The notes under the pieces: model-generated
The model's database searches: none
Told to the model about the DNA's origin: nothing
Seen by the model: only the letters and a program-made list of their open reading frames with translations
DNA from: Flavobacteriales bacterium
GTDB lineage: Bacteria; Bacteroidota; Bacteroidia; Flavobacteriales; BACL11
DNA: 34,384 nt
Assembly (NCBI GenBank): GCA_002683775.1
Contig: NYTT01000039.1
Location: 1 to 34,384 of the forward strand
Reading direction: 5' to 3'
Position numbers and translations under genes: made by a program
Shown: piece by piece, positions 16,377 to 26,313 of the stretch
Layout: each line of letters starts with the position of its first letter
Position numbering within the stretch: position 1 is the first letter of the stretch

Positions 16377-17537
16377 CTAGCGCAGCTTATTAAAAGTTTT
16401 CAGCCATTTATCTGGAATATCACCTGAATTTGCAATTTCATAATCTCTGTAAGAACAAGCAATGTAATACATTTGAGCATCTCTTTTTCCTTCTTTATGA
16501 AATGGAACGCCCATCCACCATCTCCCACTATTTTTACTCTTAAAAAATTTAATTTCATTTTTTCCATCCTCAAAGGCAACCGTATATTTAATGCAACTCT
16601 TTACAACTGGATTTAATTCGTTTTTTCGGACACTATATCCATCAATAAAATACCATATCATCTGTGCTAATAAATAAGCTGTTTGATTTCTTATGTCAAG
16701 ATCTTGATTGTATTCAAATAACCCAACTGCAGATACTTTATCACTAAGACCAGCATAACGCATTATTCTTGAAGATTCCTCACCATTAAGTCCATTAGGA
16801 GAAGAATAAACATTTCCGCAAGCAAAACTGTGTTGTATAGCAGAAATATCAAAACTTAAAAAATCTGTGTTTCTTAATATTGGCTCAGCCTCACTAAAAT
16901 TTGCTCTCAAATCCCCTAAACGTAAAGAATCAAAATTCATTGCATTTAACATCTCCGTAGCAAAATTTGAAACAAAATAAGATTGAAACGCTAAATTTGT
17001 AAAATGAAATAATTTATTAGGCTTATCAGCAAGAATCTTTCCAAAATACGAAGATGAAGACAAACTATCTTTATCAAGTCCAATATCAAATTTACTATCT
17101 ACAGATGTTAAAGAAATAAACTTATCTAATGATGCGTAAGCCTTGTATATAGCATAACTAACATCATTTCCTCCGCCGATTATAAATGGAATAGTTCCAT
17201 TGTGAAGAAGAAATTCACATACATTCTGTATTGCTTCAAAAGTTTCTTTTCGTGATGACATTATTTTTAAATAACCTAAGTCAGAGACCCTTGGAAACTT
17301 ATCGTGGTGATATGAATAAAAAAAATTTCGAATAGAACACTCTGTATCTGACGCATAATTCTCTGATCCATTAAACTCGTTAACGTTAAAGAAAGCAATT
17401 TCTGAAAATTTTAAATCGGGAAAACTATCGTTGACATGTGAATCAATAAGTCTACCAATCTGAGTTGCTTCCCAATTATTCTTTGCAGAAAAAAGATTTG
17501 AACTAATTGGGTTAAAATACGTCTGTATATTTATCAT
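16377..17537 (-). CDS. Arginase/agmatinase/formimidoylglutamase-fold protein with substituted metal-binding motifs and a roughly 85-aa C-terminal extension
   Basis: 386 aa. Ureohydrolase-fold blocks are recognisable but altered. IIGGGNDVS replaces GGDHS, VDSKFD replaces DAHxD, SFDISAIQHSFACG replaces SFDxDxxDPxxAPG, and LFEYNQDLD replaces vEvnPxxD. The start codon overlaps the topA stop (ATGA at 17534-17537). Confidence 0.7.
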   Translation of the reverse strand: MINIQTYFNPISSNLFSAKNNWEATQIGRLIDSHVNDSFPDLKFSEIAFFNVNEFNGSENYASDTECSIRNFFYSYHHDKFPRVSDLGYLKIMSSRKETFEAIQNVCEFLLHNGTIPFIIGGGNDVSYAIYKAYASLDKFISLTSVDSKFDIGLDKDSLSSSSYFGKILADKPNKLFHFTNLAFQSYFVSNFATEMLNAMNFDSLRLGDLRANFSEAEPILRNTDFLSFDISAIQHSFACGNVYSSPNGLNGEESSRIMRYAGLSDKVSAVGLFEYNQDLDIRNQTAYLLAQMIWYFIDGYSVRKNELNPVVKSCIKYTVAFEDGKNEIKFFKSKNSGRWWMGVPFHKEGKRDAQMYYIACSYRDYEIANSGDIPDKWLKTFNKLR

Positions 17538-19873
17538 TTCTTCTTTTTAAACCTAGAAGTTTTTTCTGGTTGATTCTTCCACAAATCGACACATTCTTCT
17601 CTTGATAATTTACCTGGCTCTGTTCCTTTGGGAATTTTTACATTTATTTTCTTTTGCTTTAAAGGACTTATTTGTATAAAAGGTCCGTATCTACCATTAA
17701 GAACTTGAATTAATGGTTCACCTTCGAAGTTGGCTATTAACCTATCTTTATCAGCTTGAATCTTTAATTTAATAAGTTCAATTGCTCTATCTAATTCAAT
17801 TGTCAAAGGATCTTCTTCATCGGCCTTTTTAATTGAAGTGAATTTGCCGTCATATCTTAAATACGGTCCAAATCTGCCAACTGACGCAATTATTTCTTCA
17901 CCTTCCCAGTCTCCAACTTTTCTGGGAAGTTTAAATAAATCTAAAGCTTCTTCAAGAGTTATTTTTTGAATAGTTTGACCCTGCATTAGGGAAGCAAATT
18001 TGGGCTTTGGAGCATTTTCATCTTCTTGCTTTTCACCGATTTGAACCATTGCACCAAATGGACCGATTCTAGCTATAATCTTTTCTCCAGAAATCGGATC
18101 TTTTCCTAATTCTCTTTCTCCAGACACTTTACCTACAGTTCCCGTAACATCTTTAACCTTATCATGAAAAGCACCATAAAAAGATGCAATCATCTGATTC
18201 CAAACTTTCTTTCCTTCAGCTATCTCATCAAATTCCGTCTCAACAGATGCAGTAAAACTATATTGCATAATATCAGTAAAATGATCCACTAAAAAGTCAG
18301 TAACAACAATCCCCACGTCAGTAGGAAAAAGTTTTTTATTTTCAGCTCCAGTTATAGATTTTTTTTCTGATCTAACTAACGCTCCATCTTTTAAAGTAAT
18401 AATCTGCGATATGCGTTCTACCCCTTCACGACTTTCGTTTTCAATGTACCCTCTTTTTTGTATAGTTGTTATTGTTGCAGCATAAGTTGATGGTCTACCA
18501 ATTCCTAATTCTTCCATTTTCTTCACTAAACTAGCTTCAGCAAATCTAGCAGGCGGTCGTGAAAATTGCTCATTTGAAATCGCTTCTGAAATTTTCAAAG
18601 GTTCACCAACCTTAAGTGTGGGAAGCATACCTTCTTGCTCTTCGTTATGATCATCTCTTCCTTCTAAGTAAACACGCATAAACCCTTCAAAAGTTATAAC
18701 TTCTCCTTTTGCTACAAACTGCTCTGAAGAATTTGAAATATCTATCTTAACTGTAGTTCTATCAAACTTAGCATCAGTCATTTGAGACGCAATAGTTCTT
18801 TTCCAAATCAAATCATAGAGTCTTTGTAGAGAACTATCTCCATCAATATTTTTAATGTTCATATAGGAAGGCCTGATTGCTTCATGCGCCTCTTGTGCTC
18901 CTTTAACTTTTTTGGTATAAACTCGTCTCTGAGAAAATTCATTACCGTACATTTTTTTAATTTCAAGCTCAGCAGCATCTAACGCATCATTTGACAAGTT
19001 TACACTATCAGTTCTCATGTATGTAATTTTACCTGCCTCGTATAATTTTTGTGCAACAATCATAGTTTGATTTACTGAGAAACCTAATTTTCTTGAAGCT
19101 TCTTGCTGTAAAGTTGAAGTTGTGAATGGGGCAACAGGAGATTTTTTGGCAGGATATTTATCTAAATTACCTACTGAAAATAAAGAATCCTTACACTTAT
19201 TCATAAAATCAAATGCTTCATCATTTGACTTGAATCTTTTAGGAATTTCAGCCTTAACTAACTTACCATCATTATTTATCAAAAATGCTGTTACCTTATA
19301 ATTTGATGTTACCTTAAAATTATTAATATCATTTTCTCTTTCAACAATCAATCTAACAGCAACAGATTGTACTCTACCAGCTGAAAGACCCTGCTTGACC
19401 TTTCTCCATAAAACAGGTGAAAGCTCAAAGCCGACTAATCTATCAAGGACTCTTCTGGCTTGTTGAGCATTTACTAAATTTGTATTTAATAACCGTGGAT
19501 TTTTTACAGCATGAGTAATTGCCTTTTTTGTAATTTCATGAAACACTATTCGCTTTGTCTTACTCGCATCTAATTTAAGAGCTTCTGTAAGATGCCATGC
19601 AATTGCTTCACCTTCGCGATCCTCATCAGTAGCTAACCAAACAGTGTCAACATTTTTTGCTACACTTTTTAAATGGCTAACAACTTTCGTCTTATCTTCA
19701 GACACCACATAATTAGGGGTAAATCCATTTTCAATATCGATAGCCATCCCACCTTTCTTAGGCAGATCTCTAATGTGTCCAATGCTAGACTCTACAACAA
19801 AATCGTTGCCAAGAAATCCTTGAATTATTTTCTTTTTTGCAGGAGATTCTACTATAACTAAATTCTTTGCCAT
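17534..19873 (-). CDS. topA: DNA topoisomerase I (type IA)
   Basis: 779 aa. TOPRIM start MAKNLVIVESPAKKKIIQGFLG, acidic cluster ATDEDREGEAIAWH, active-site region ITYMRTDS, and a C-terminal basic tail. Confidence 0.95.
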   Translation of the reverse strand: MAKNLVIVESPAKKKIIQGFLGNDFVVESSIGHIRDLPKKGGMAIDIENGFTPNYVVSEDKTKVVSHLKSVAKNVDTVWLATDEDREGEAIAWHLTEALKLDASKTKRIVFHEITKKAITHAVKNPRLLNTNLVNAQQARRVLDRLVGFELSPVLWRKVKQGLSAGRVQSVAVRLIVERENDINNFKVTSNYKVTAFLINNDGKLVKAEIPKRFKSNDEAFDFMNKCKDSLFSVGNLDKYPAKKSPVAPFTTSTLQQEASRKLGFSVNQTMIVAQKLYEAGKITYMRTDSVNLSNDALDAAELEIKKMYGNEFSQRRVYTKKVKGAQEAHEAIRPSYMNIKNIDGDSSLQRLYDLIWKRTIASQMTDAKFDRTTVKIDISNSSEQFVAKGEVITFEGFMRVYLEGRDDHNEEQEGMLPTLKVGEPLKISEAISNEQFSRPPARFAEASLVKKMEELGIGRPSTYAATITTIQKRGYIENESREGVERISQIITLKDGALVRSEKKSITGAENKKLFPTDVGIVVTDFLVDHFTDIMQYSFTASVETEFDEIAEGKKVWNQMIASFYGAFHDKVKDVTGTVGKVSGERELGKDPISGEKIIARIGPFGAMVQIGEKQEDENAPKPKFASLMQGQTIQKITLEEALDLFKLPRKVGDWEGEEIIASVGRFGPYLRYDGKFTSIKKADEEDPLTIELDRAIELIKLKIQADKDRLIANFEGEPLIQVLNGRYGPFIQISPLKQKKINVKIPKGTEPGKLSREECVDLWKNQPEKTSRFKKKK

Positions 19874-19926
19874 ATTTTTTTTTACAAATTAAATGAACTT
19901 TTTTTAAATAAATTACAAAAAAAATG

Positions 19927-19935
19927 TGTCAGTTT
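19927..19935 (+). repeat. Direct repeat TGTCAGTTT, copy 1, in the topA/miaB spacer
   Basis: Exact 9-mer, repeated at 19981-19989 (54 nt centre-to-centre). The core TGTCAGT also occurs on the opposite strand at 24211-24217 upstream of groES. Confidence 0.5.
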
Positions 19936-19938
19936 AGA

Positions 19939-19958
19939 TTATATTATATATAATATAA
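19939..19958. repeat. Perfect 20-bp A/T-only palindrome TTATATTATATATAATATAA
   Basis: Verified base by base: 19939-19948 is the reverse complement of 19949-19958. Lies in the divergent topA/miaB promoter region. Confidence 0.9.
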
Positions 19959-19980
19959 GTAAAACAAGATACTGCCACAT

Positions 19981-19989
19981 TGTCAGTTT
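19981..19989 (+). repeat. Direct repeat TGTCAGTTT, copy 2
   Basis: Exact copy of 19927-19935. Lies 6 nt upstream of the candidate miaB -7 box. Confidence 0.5.
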
Positions 19990-19994
19990 TTTAT

Positions 19995-20002
19995 TATTTT
20001 TG
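19995..20002 (+). promoter_or_regulatory. Candidate Bacteroidetes sigma-A -7 box (TAnnTTTG) for the miaB operon
   Basis: TATTTTTG matches TAnnTTTG exactly. TTG at 19980-19982 is a possible upstream element, but the spacing is shorter than the canonical -33. Confidence 0.4.
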
Positions 20003-20108
20003 CAATGAGTAAAATAAGAATTAACTAATATTCACAATTAATTTAAAAAAATTGACAACCAAAAATTTAAAATTAAATAATAGCGATTCTGTAGCTTTAA
20101 AAAATCCG

Positions 20109-21521
20109 ATGAAGCATAATGGCACATTAATTAAAGAAGACAATAACTACAAAAAAAAATCTAAAACATTATACATTGAGAGTTATGGATGTCAAATGAA
20201 TTTTTCTGATAGTGAAATTGTTGCATCAATTCTTAAAAAAAAGGGAATAACTACAACTAAAGATATAAGCACTGCTGATTTAGTTTTTGTAAACACTTGT
20301 TCAATTAGAGAGAAAGCTGAGCAAACAGTTAGAAAAAGATTAGAATTCTACAATTCAATTAAAAGAGATCAAAATCCAAAGATGATAGTTGGTGTTTTAG
20401 GATGTATGGCAGAAAGATTAAAAGCAAAGTTTTTAGAAGAAGAGAAATTAGTAGATATTGTTGTTGGTCCTGATGCATACAGAGATTTGCCAAATCTTAT
20501 TAAAGAAGTTGAAGATGGTAAAAAAGCAGTTAATGTAATACTTTCATTGGAGGAAACTTATGCTGAAATTAATCCAGTTAGACTTGGCGGGAATGGTGTT
20601 ACTGCATTTGTTTCTATTACAAGAGGATGTGACAATATGTGTTCTTTTTGTGTAGTCCCATTTACAAGAGGAAGAGAGAGAAGCAGAAATCCACAAATTA
20701 TTATTAAAGAATGTAAAAAACTTTTTGATAATGGATACAGGGAGGTTACGCTTTTAGGGCAAAATGTCGATTCATATCTATGGTTTGGAGGTAAGGCTAA
20801 AAAAGAGTTTAAAAATGCAAATCAATATGAAAAAAATAATAAGATAGTTTTTTCTAAACTACTAGAGTTGGTTGCTCAAATTAATCCATTACTTAGAGTC
20901 AGGTTTTCCACTTCAAACCCTCAAGATATGGGAATTGATGTTATTGATACAATTTCAAAATATAACAACATTTGTAATTACATTCATCTTCCTGTACAAT
21001 CAGGAAGTAATAGAATACTTAAGCTAATGAATAGAGGTTACACTAAAGAAAAATATATAAATTTAATAGATAATATTAAAAGAAAAATACCTGATTGTGC
21101 TATATCTATGGATATGATAATTGGATTTTGTTCTGAAACTAATAATGATCATGATGAAACCTTATCTTTAATGGAATATGTAAAATATGATTTTGGGTAT
21201 ATGTTTAAATATTCAGAAAGACCAAATACACCTGCTGCAAGATTAAAAGATGACATATCAGATCAAATAAAACAAGAAAGACTTTCTGAAATTATTGATA
21301 AGCAACAAATGCATTCACTTGGTCACATGAAAGATAAAATCGGTAAAACTTTTGAGGTATTAATTGAAGGTATTTCTAAAAAATCCAGTACGAATTATTA
21401 TGGAAGAACTACTCATAATTCAACAGTTATCTTTGAAAAAGATCATCATAAAATCGGTGAATACGTAATGGTAAAAATTAATGATTGTACATCAGCAACA
21501 CTAAAAGGAAAAGTAATCTAG
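20109..21521 (+). CDS. miaB: tRNA-2-methylthio-N6-dimethylallyladenosine synthase (radical SAM methylthiotransferase MiaB)
   Basis: UPF0004 domain LYIESYGCQMNFSDSEIV. Radical-SAM cluster motif GCDNMCSFCVVP. C-terminal TRAM domain. The ORF track starts at a TTG (20052); I prefer the first in-frame ATG at 20109. The start is uncertain. Confidence 0.9.
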   Translation: MKHNGTLIKEDNNYKKKSKTLYIESYGCQMNFSDSEIVASILKKKGITTTKDISTADLVFVNTCSIREKAEQTVRKRLEFYNSIKRDQNPKMIVGVLGCMAERLKAKFLEEEKLVDIVVGPDAYRDLPNLIKEVEDGKKAVNVILSLEETYAEINPVRLGGNGVTAFVSITRGCDNMCSFCVVPFTRGRERSRNPQIIIKECKKLFDNGYREVTLLGQNVDSYLWFGGKAKKEFKNANQYEKNNKIVFSKLLELVAQINPLLRVRFSTSNPQDMGIDVIDTISKYNNICNYIHLPVQSGSNRILKLMNRGYTKEKYINLIDNIKRKIPDCAISMDMIIGFCSETNNDHDETLSLMEYVKYDFGYMFKYSERPNTPAARLKDDISDQIKQERLSEIIDKQQMHSLGHMKDKIGKTFEVLIEGISKKSSTNYYGRTTHNSTVIFEKDHHKIGEYVMVKINDCTSATLKGKVI

Positions 21522-21523
21522 CT

Positions 21524-22699
21524 ATGAATACAAAACAAGCAAAGCAAAGATTTGGAATAGTTGGTAATAATGATAAATTAGAACGTGCATTAGACGTGTC
21601 TCTTCAAGTAGCACCAACTGACATATCTATACTAGTAATTGGAGAAAGTGGCACAGGAAAAGAAAATATACCTAAAATTATACACCAAAATAGCAAACGA
21701 AAACATAATCCATTAATAGCAGTAAATTGTGGAGCAATTCCTGAAGGAACTATTGATTCAGAACTTTTTGGACATGAAAAAGGATCATTTACTGGCGCTC
21801 ATGATAGTAGAAAAGGATATTTTGAAGCGGCCAATGGCGGAACAATTTTCTTAGATGAAATTGGAGAGCTTCCAGTTGCTTCACAAGCAAGATTGTTAAG
21901 AGTTTTAGAAAATGGAGAAATAATAAAAGTTGGATCTTCGAAAGCACAGAAAATAGATGTTCGTATAATTGCCGCTACAAATGTAAATCTTCCAAATGCT
22001 GTTATTAAAGGTAACTTTAGAGAAGATCTTTACTACAGATTAAATACAATTAGCATAAATTTACCTCCTCTAAGAGAACGAGGGAATGATATTGATCTTC
22101 TATTCAGAAAGTTTGCTGGGGATTTTGCAGAACAATACAATACTCAACCGATAAGATTAACAGAAAAAGCTCAAGAGTTGATTATTAATTATAATTGGCC
22201 CGGAAATATAAGGCAATTAAGGAATTTTGTTGCTCAGCTATCAGTTATTGAGGAAAATAGAATAATAGATTTAGAAAAAATTCAAAATTATCTCCCAACT
22301 AACCTTAAAATTAATGGAGTTGTTAAGTATGCTGACAAGAATAAAGCTGAAATTTCAGAACGGGAAATACTATATAAAGTCCTCTTTGATATGAAGAGAG
22401 ATCTCACCGAACTTAAGAAAATAACTTTTGATCTTATCCAAAAAAATGGAGGCAATGATATGTTACAATCTGTAAATACAAACATCTTTAATGATAATGA
22501 TGAAAATGGAATAATGATAAATCAACCAAAGTCTAATGAAACAATAGATATTGAAGAATCGCTCTCCTTATTTGAACAAGAGAAACGTTTAATAGAAAAA
22601 TCTTTAAAGAAACACAAGGGCAAAAGGAAAGATGTTGCCTTGCAGTTGGGAATTTCTGAACGAACACTTTATCGAAAATTAAAAGAATTTGGCCTCTAA
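21524..22699 (+). CDS. Sigma-54-dependent transcriptional activator (bacterial enhancer-binding protein) with no N-terminal sensory/receiver domain
   Basis: The AAA+ domain begins about 10 aa from the N-terminus. Walker A GESGTGKE, sigma-54 contact loop GSFTGA (GAFTGA variant), Walker B IFLDEIGEL, and RFxxDLYYRL. C-terminal Fis-type HTH LGISERTLYRKLKEFGL. ATG at 21524 lies 2 nt after the miaB stop; the 21485 TTG start in the ORF track is unlikely. Confidence 0.9.
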   Translation: MNTKQAKQRFGIVGNNDKLERALDVSLQVAPTDISILVIGESGTGKENIPKIIHQNSKRKHNPLIAVNCGAIPEGTIDSELFGHEKGSFTGAHDSRKGYFEAANGGTIFLDEIGELPVASQARLLRVLENGEIIKVGSSKAQKIDVRIIAATNVNLPNAVIKGNFREDLYYRLNTISINLPPLRERGNDIDLLFRKFAGDFAEQYNTQPIRLTEKAQELIINYNWPGNIRQLRNFVAQLSVIEENRIIDLEKIQNYLPTNLKINGVVKYADKNKAEISEREILYKVLFDMKRDLTELKKITFDLIQKNGGNDMLQSVNTNIFNDNDENGIMINQPKSNETIDIEESLSLFEQEKRLIEKSLKKHKGKRKDVALQLGISERTLYRKLKEFGL

Positions 22700-22700
22700 A

Positions 22701-23198
22701 ATGTATAAATTAATTAAAATATCATTACTTATTACTAGCTTATCTTGCTGTGGTATTTACTCTTTTTCTGGAGCTTCAATCCCATCAGAAGCAAAGAGTT
22801 TTTCAGTAGAATATTTTAAAACATCAACATCAAGTGCTCCATCTATACTAAGAAGAATATTAACTGAATCATTATCTGATCTTATAATAAGTCAAACAAA
22901 TCTTGATTTTGTTGAATTTGATGGAGATTTAAGATTTAGTGGAAAGATAAGCAAATATCAAATAACACCTATTTCAATTAATTCTAATGAGTCAGTTGGA
23001 AAAAATAGATTAACTATATCAGTCTTTGTCAAATATGAAAATATTTTTAACGATGAGCTAAGCTATGAGAAATCATTCAGTCATTATAGTGATTTTGAAA
23101 GTTCTGATAATTTTGCTACTGTTGAAGAAAATTTAATTGAAGAAATAAAAGATGTTATTTTAGATAATATTTTTAACAAAGCATTTGTGAATTGGTAA
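22701..23198 (+). CDS. lptE: LptE-family LPS-assembly lipoprotein
   Basis: 165 aa from the ATG at 22701, 1 nt after the activator stop. Lipoprotein-like signal LLITSLSCCGIYSFSG. Blocks GDLRFSGKISKYQITP and NRLTISVFVKYEN fit the Bacteroidetes LptE pattern. Shows the conserved flavobacterial synteny miaB, activator, lptE, secG. Confidence 0.7.
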   Translation: MYKLIKISLLITSLSCCGIYSFSGASIPSEAKSFSVEYFKTSTSSAPSILRRILTESLSDLIISQTNLDFVEFDGDLRFSGKISKYQITPISINSNESVGKNRLTISVFVKYENIFNDELSYEKSFSHYSDFESSDNFATVEENLIEEIKDVILDNIFNKAFVNW

Positions 23199-23851
23199 TG
23201 AAGAAGTTAAATTTAATAAAATTGTCACGCAATTTGAATCACATCAATAAAGAGGATGTGATCCTTTTAGATAATATTATAACAAAATTTCCATTTTTTC
23301 AAAACGCACAAATTCTTCTGGCAAAAGGGCTTTTAAATATTGACAGCATAAGATACAATAGACAACTAAAAAAAGCAGCGGCGCACTCCTTTAGTAGAAA
23401 AAAATTATTTGATATAATTACATCAAATAATGTAACTGTTGATCAAAGCAATATAGTAAGTATTTCGGATCTTACAAAAAAAAATATTACACCAAACAAA
23501 CCATTAAATTTTGATGAAAATGAGAATTATTCATTTAGTGAGTGGCTTAATGTTGTTTCAATAAAAAAAATTGACCGCACTGACAAAAATCTAGTAAACA
23601 ACTTTTTACAAAAGGAAAATTTAAATCTTAAACAAAAAAAAGAAACCTTTTTTAAAGCAACTGATGTAGCTAGATTAAGTATAATAGAAGACTCTAATCT
23701 TGTCACTCCTACATTAGCTAGAGTTTATCTAGAACAAGAGTATTATGAAAAGGCTATTACAACATATAAAAAGTTAATATTGAAATATCCAAAAAAAAGT
23801 AGTTTCTTTGCCGGACAAATTAAATTAATTAGAAAATTAAATATAAAATAA
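23198..23851 (+). CDS. Hypothetical protein with a C-terminal TPR-like helix pair
   Basis: 217 aa from the ATG at 23198 (TAATG overlap with the lptE stop). No TM or signal sequence. The C-terminal ARVYLEQEYYEKAITTYKKLILKYPKK looks like a single TPR. Confidence 0.6.
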   Translation: MKKLNLIKLSRNLNHINKEDVILLDNIITKFPFFQNAQILLAKGLLNIDSIRYNRQLKKAAAHSFSRKKLFDIITSNNVTVDQSNIVSISDLTKKNITPNKPLNFDENENYSFSEWLNVVSIKKIDRTDKNLVNNFLQKENLNLKQKKETFFKATDVARLSIIEDSNLVTPTLARVYLEQEYYEKAITTYKKLILKYPKKSSFFAGQIKLIRKLNIK

Positions 23852-23852
23852 C

Positions 23853-24173
23853 ATGTATACTGTATTTGCCATATTAATTATCATCACTTCAATACTTTTA
23901 GTTTTAGTTGTTTTAGTACAGAATCCAAAAGGGGGAGGTTTATCATCTTCATTTGGTGGGGGTGCAGGAAATCAAATTATGGGAGCAAAAAAGACAACAG
24001 ATTTTCTAGAAAAAACTACCTGGACATTAGCAATTATCTTAATAGTTTTGTCATTAGCATCAAATTTTGCTATTCCTAGACAAAATTCTGAAGAAGCTAC
24101 TGAAATTAAAGCTCAAGAACAAATAGATAATGCAATAGTCCCAAATTTACCATCAGCACCTTCTAATCAATAA
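23853..24173 (+). CDS. secG: Preprotein translocase subunit SecG
   Basis: 106 aa. Two TM helices flanking the VLVQNPKGGGLSSSFGGG motif. Confidence 0.9.
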   Translation: MYTVFAILIIITSILLVLVVLVQNPKGGGLSSSFGGGAGNQIMGAKKTTDFLEKTTWTLAIILIVLSLASNFAIPRQNSEEATEIKAQEQIDNAIVPNLPSAPSNQ

Positions 24174-24248
24174 ATAATAAGCGCCATATTCTGCTTAGCA
24201 ACCAGAAATTACTGACAAAATTTCATTTAAATCATTATAAATAAGTGA

Positions 24249-24264
24249 TGGCATGATTTGTGCA
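24249..24264 (+). promoter_or_regulatory. Sigma-54-type -24/-12 promoter-like element upstream of groES
   Basis: TGGCATGATTTGTGCA against the consensus TGGCACG-N4-TTGCW. GG at 24250-24251 and GC at 24262-24263 have canonical spacing, with mismatches only at C6>T and T12>G. Ends 38 nt before the groES ATG. Confidence 0.45.
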
Positions 24265-24301
24265 TAAATTACTTTATAGTATAACTAAATAAAAAATAAA
24301 T

Positions 24302-26219
<1,918 letters not shown>

Positions 26220-26242
26220 TCTTTTACATTATTATCGTTGTA

Positions 26243-26285
26243 AATAATAAAGATTCTTGCAATTATTGTAAGAATCTTTATTATT
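26243..26285. terminator. Long hairpin between convergent groEL and desaturase genes (probable bidirectional terminator)
   Basis: 16-bp perfect stem AATAATAAAGATTCTT (26243-26258) / AAGAATCTTTATTATT (26270-26285) with an 11-nt loop. Starts 24 nt after the groEL stop and ends 29 nt before the desaturase stop codon. Confidence 0.65.
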
Positions 26286-26313
26286 AAAATATTAATAATC
26301 AATAAATAGTATT

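Noticed and set aside
19964-19977. The minus strand reads TGGCAGTATCTTGT, a sigma-54-like element pointing toward topA.
   Set aside because: The spacing is one nt short and the -12 GC is GT. It is much weaker than the groES hit.
20052-23197. TTG-initiated N-terminal extensions in the ORF track at 20052, 21485, 22689 and 23192.
   Set aside because: Each has an in-frame ATG (20109, 21524, 22701, 23198). For the last three, that ATG falls within 0-2 nt of the preceding stop codon. The extensions would overlap the upstream gene and add no conserved sequence. The miaB start remains the least certain.
24195-24203. TTAGCAACC upstream of groES resembles the left half of the CIRCE/HrcA operator (TTAGCACTC-N9-GAGTGCTAA).
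   Set aside because: The sequence 9 nt downstream (TGACAAAAT) does not match the required right half-site, so there is no inverted repeat.
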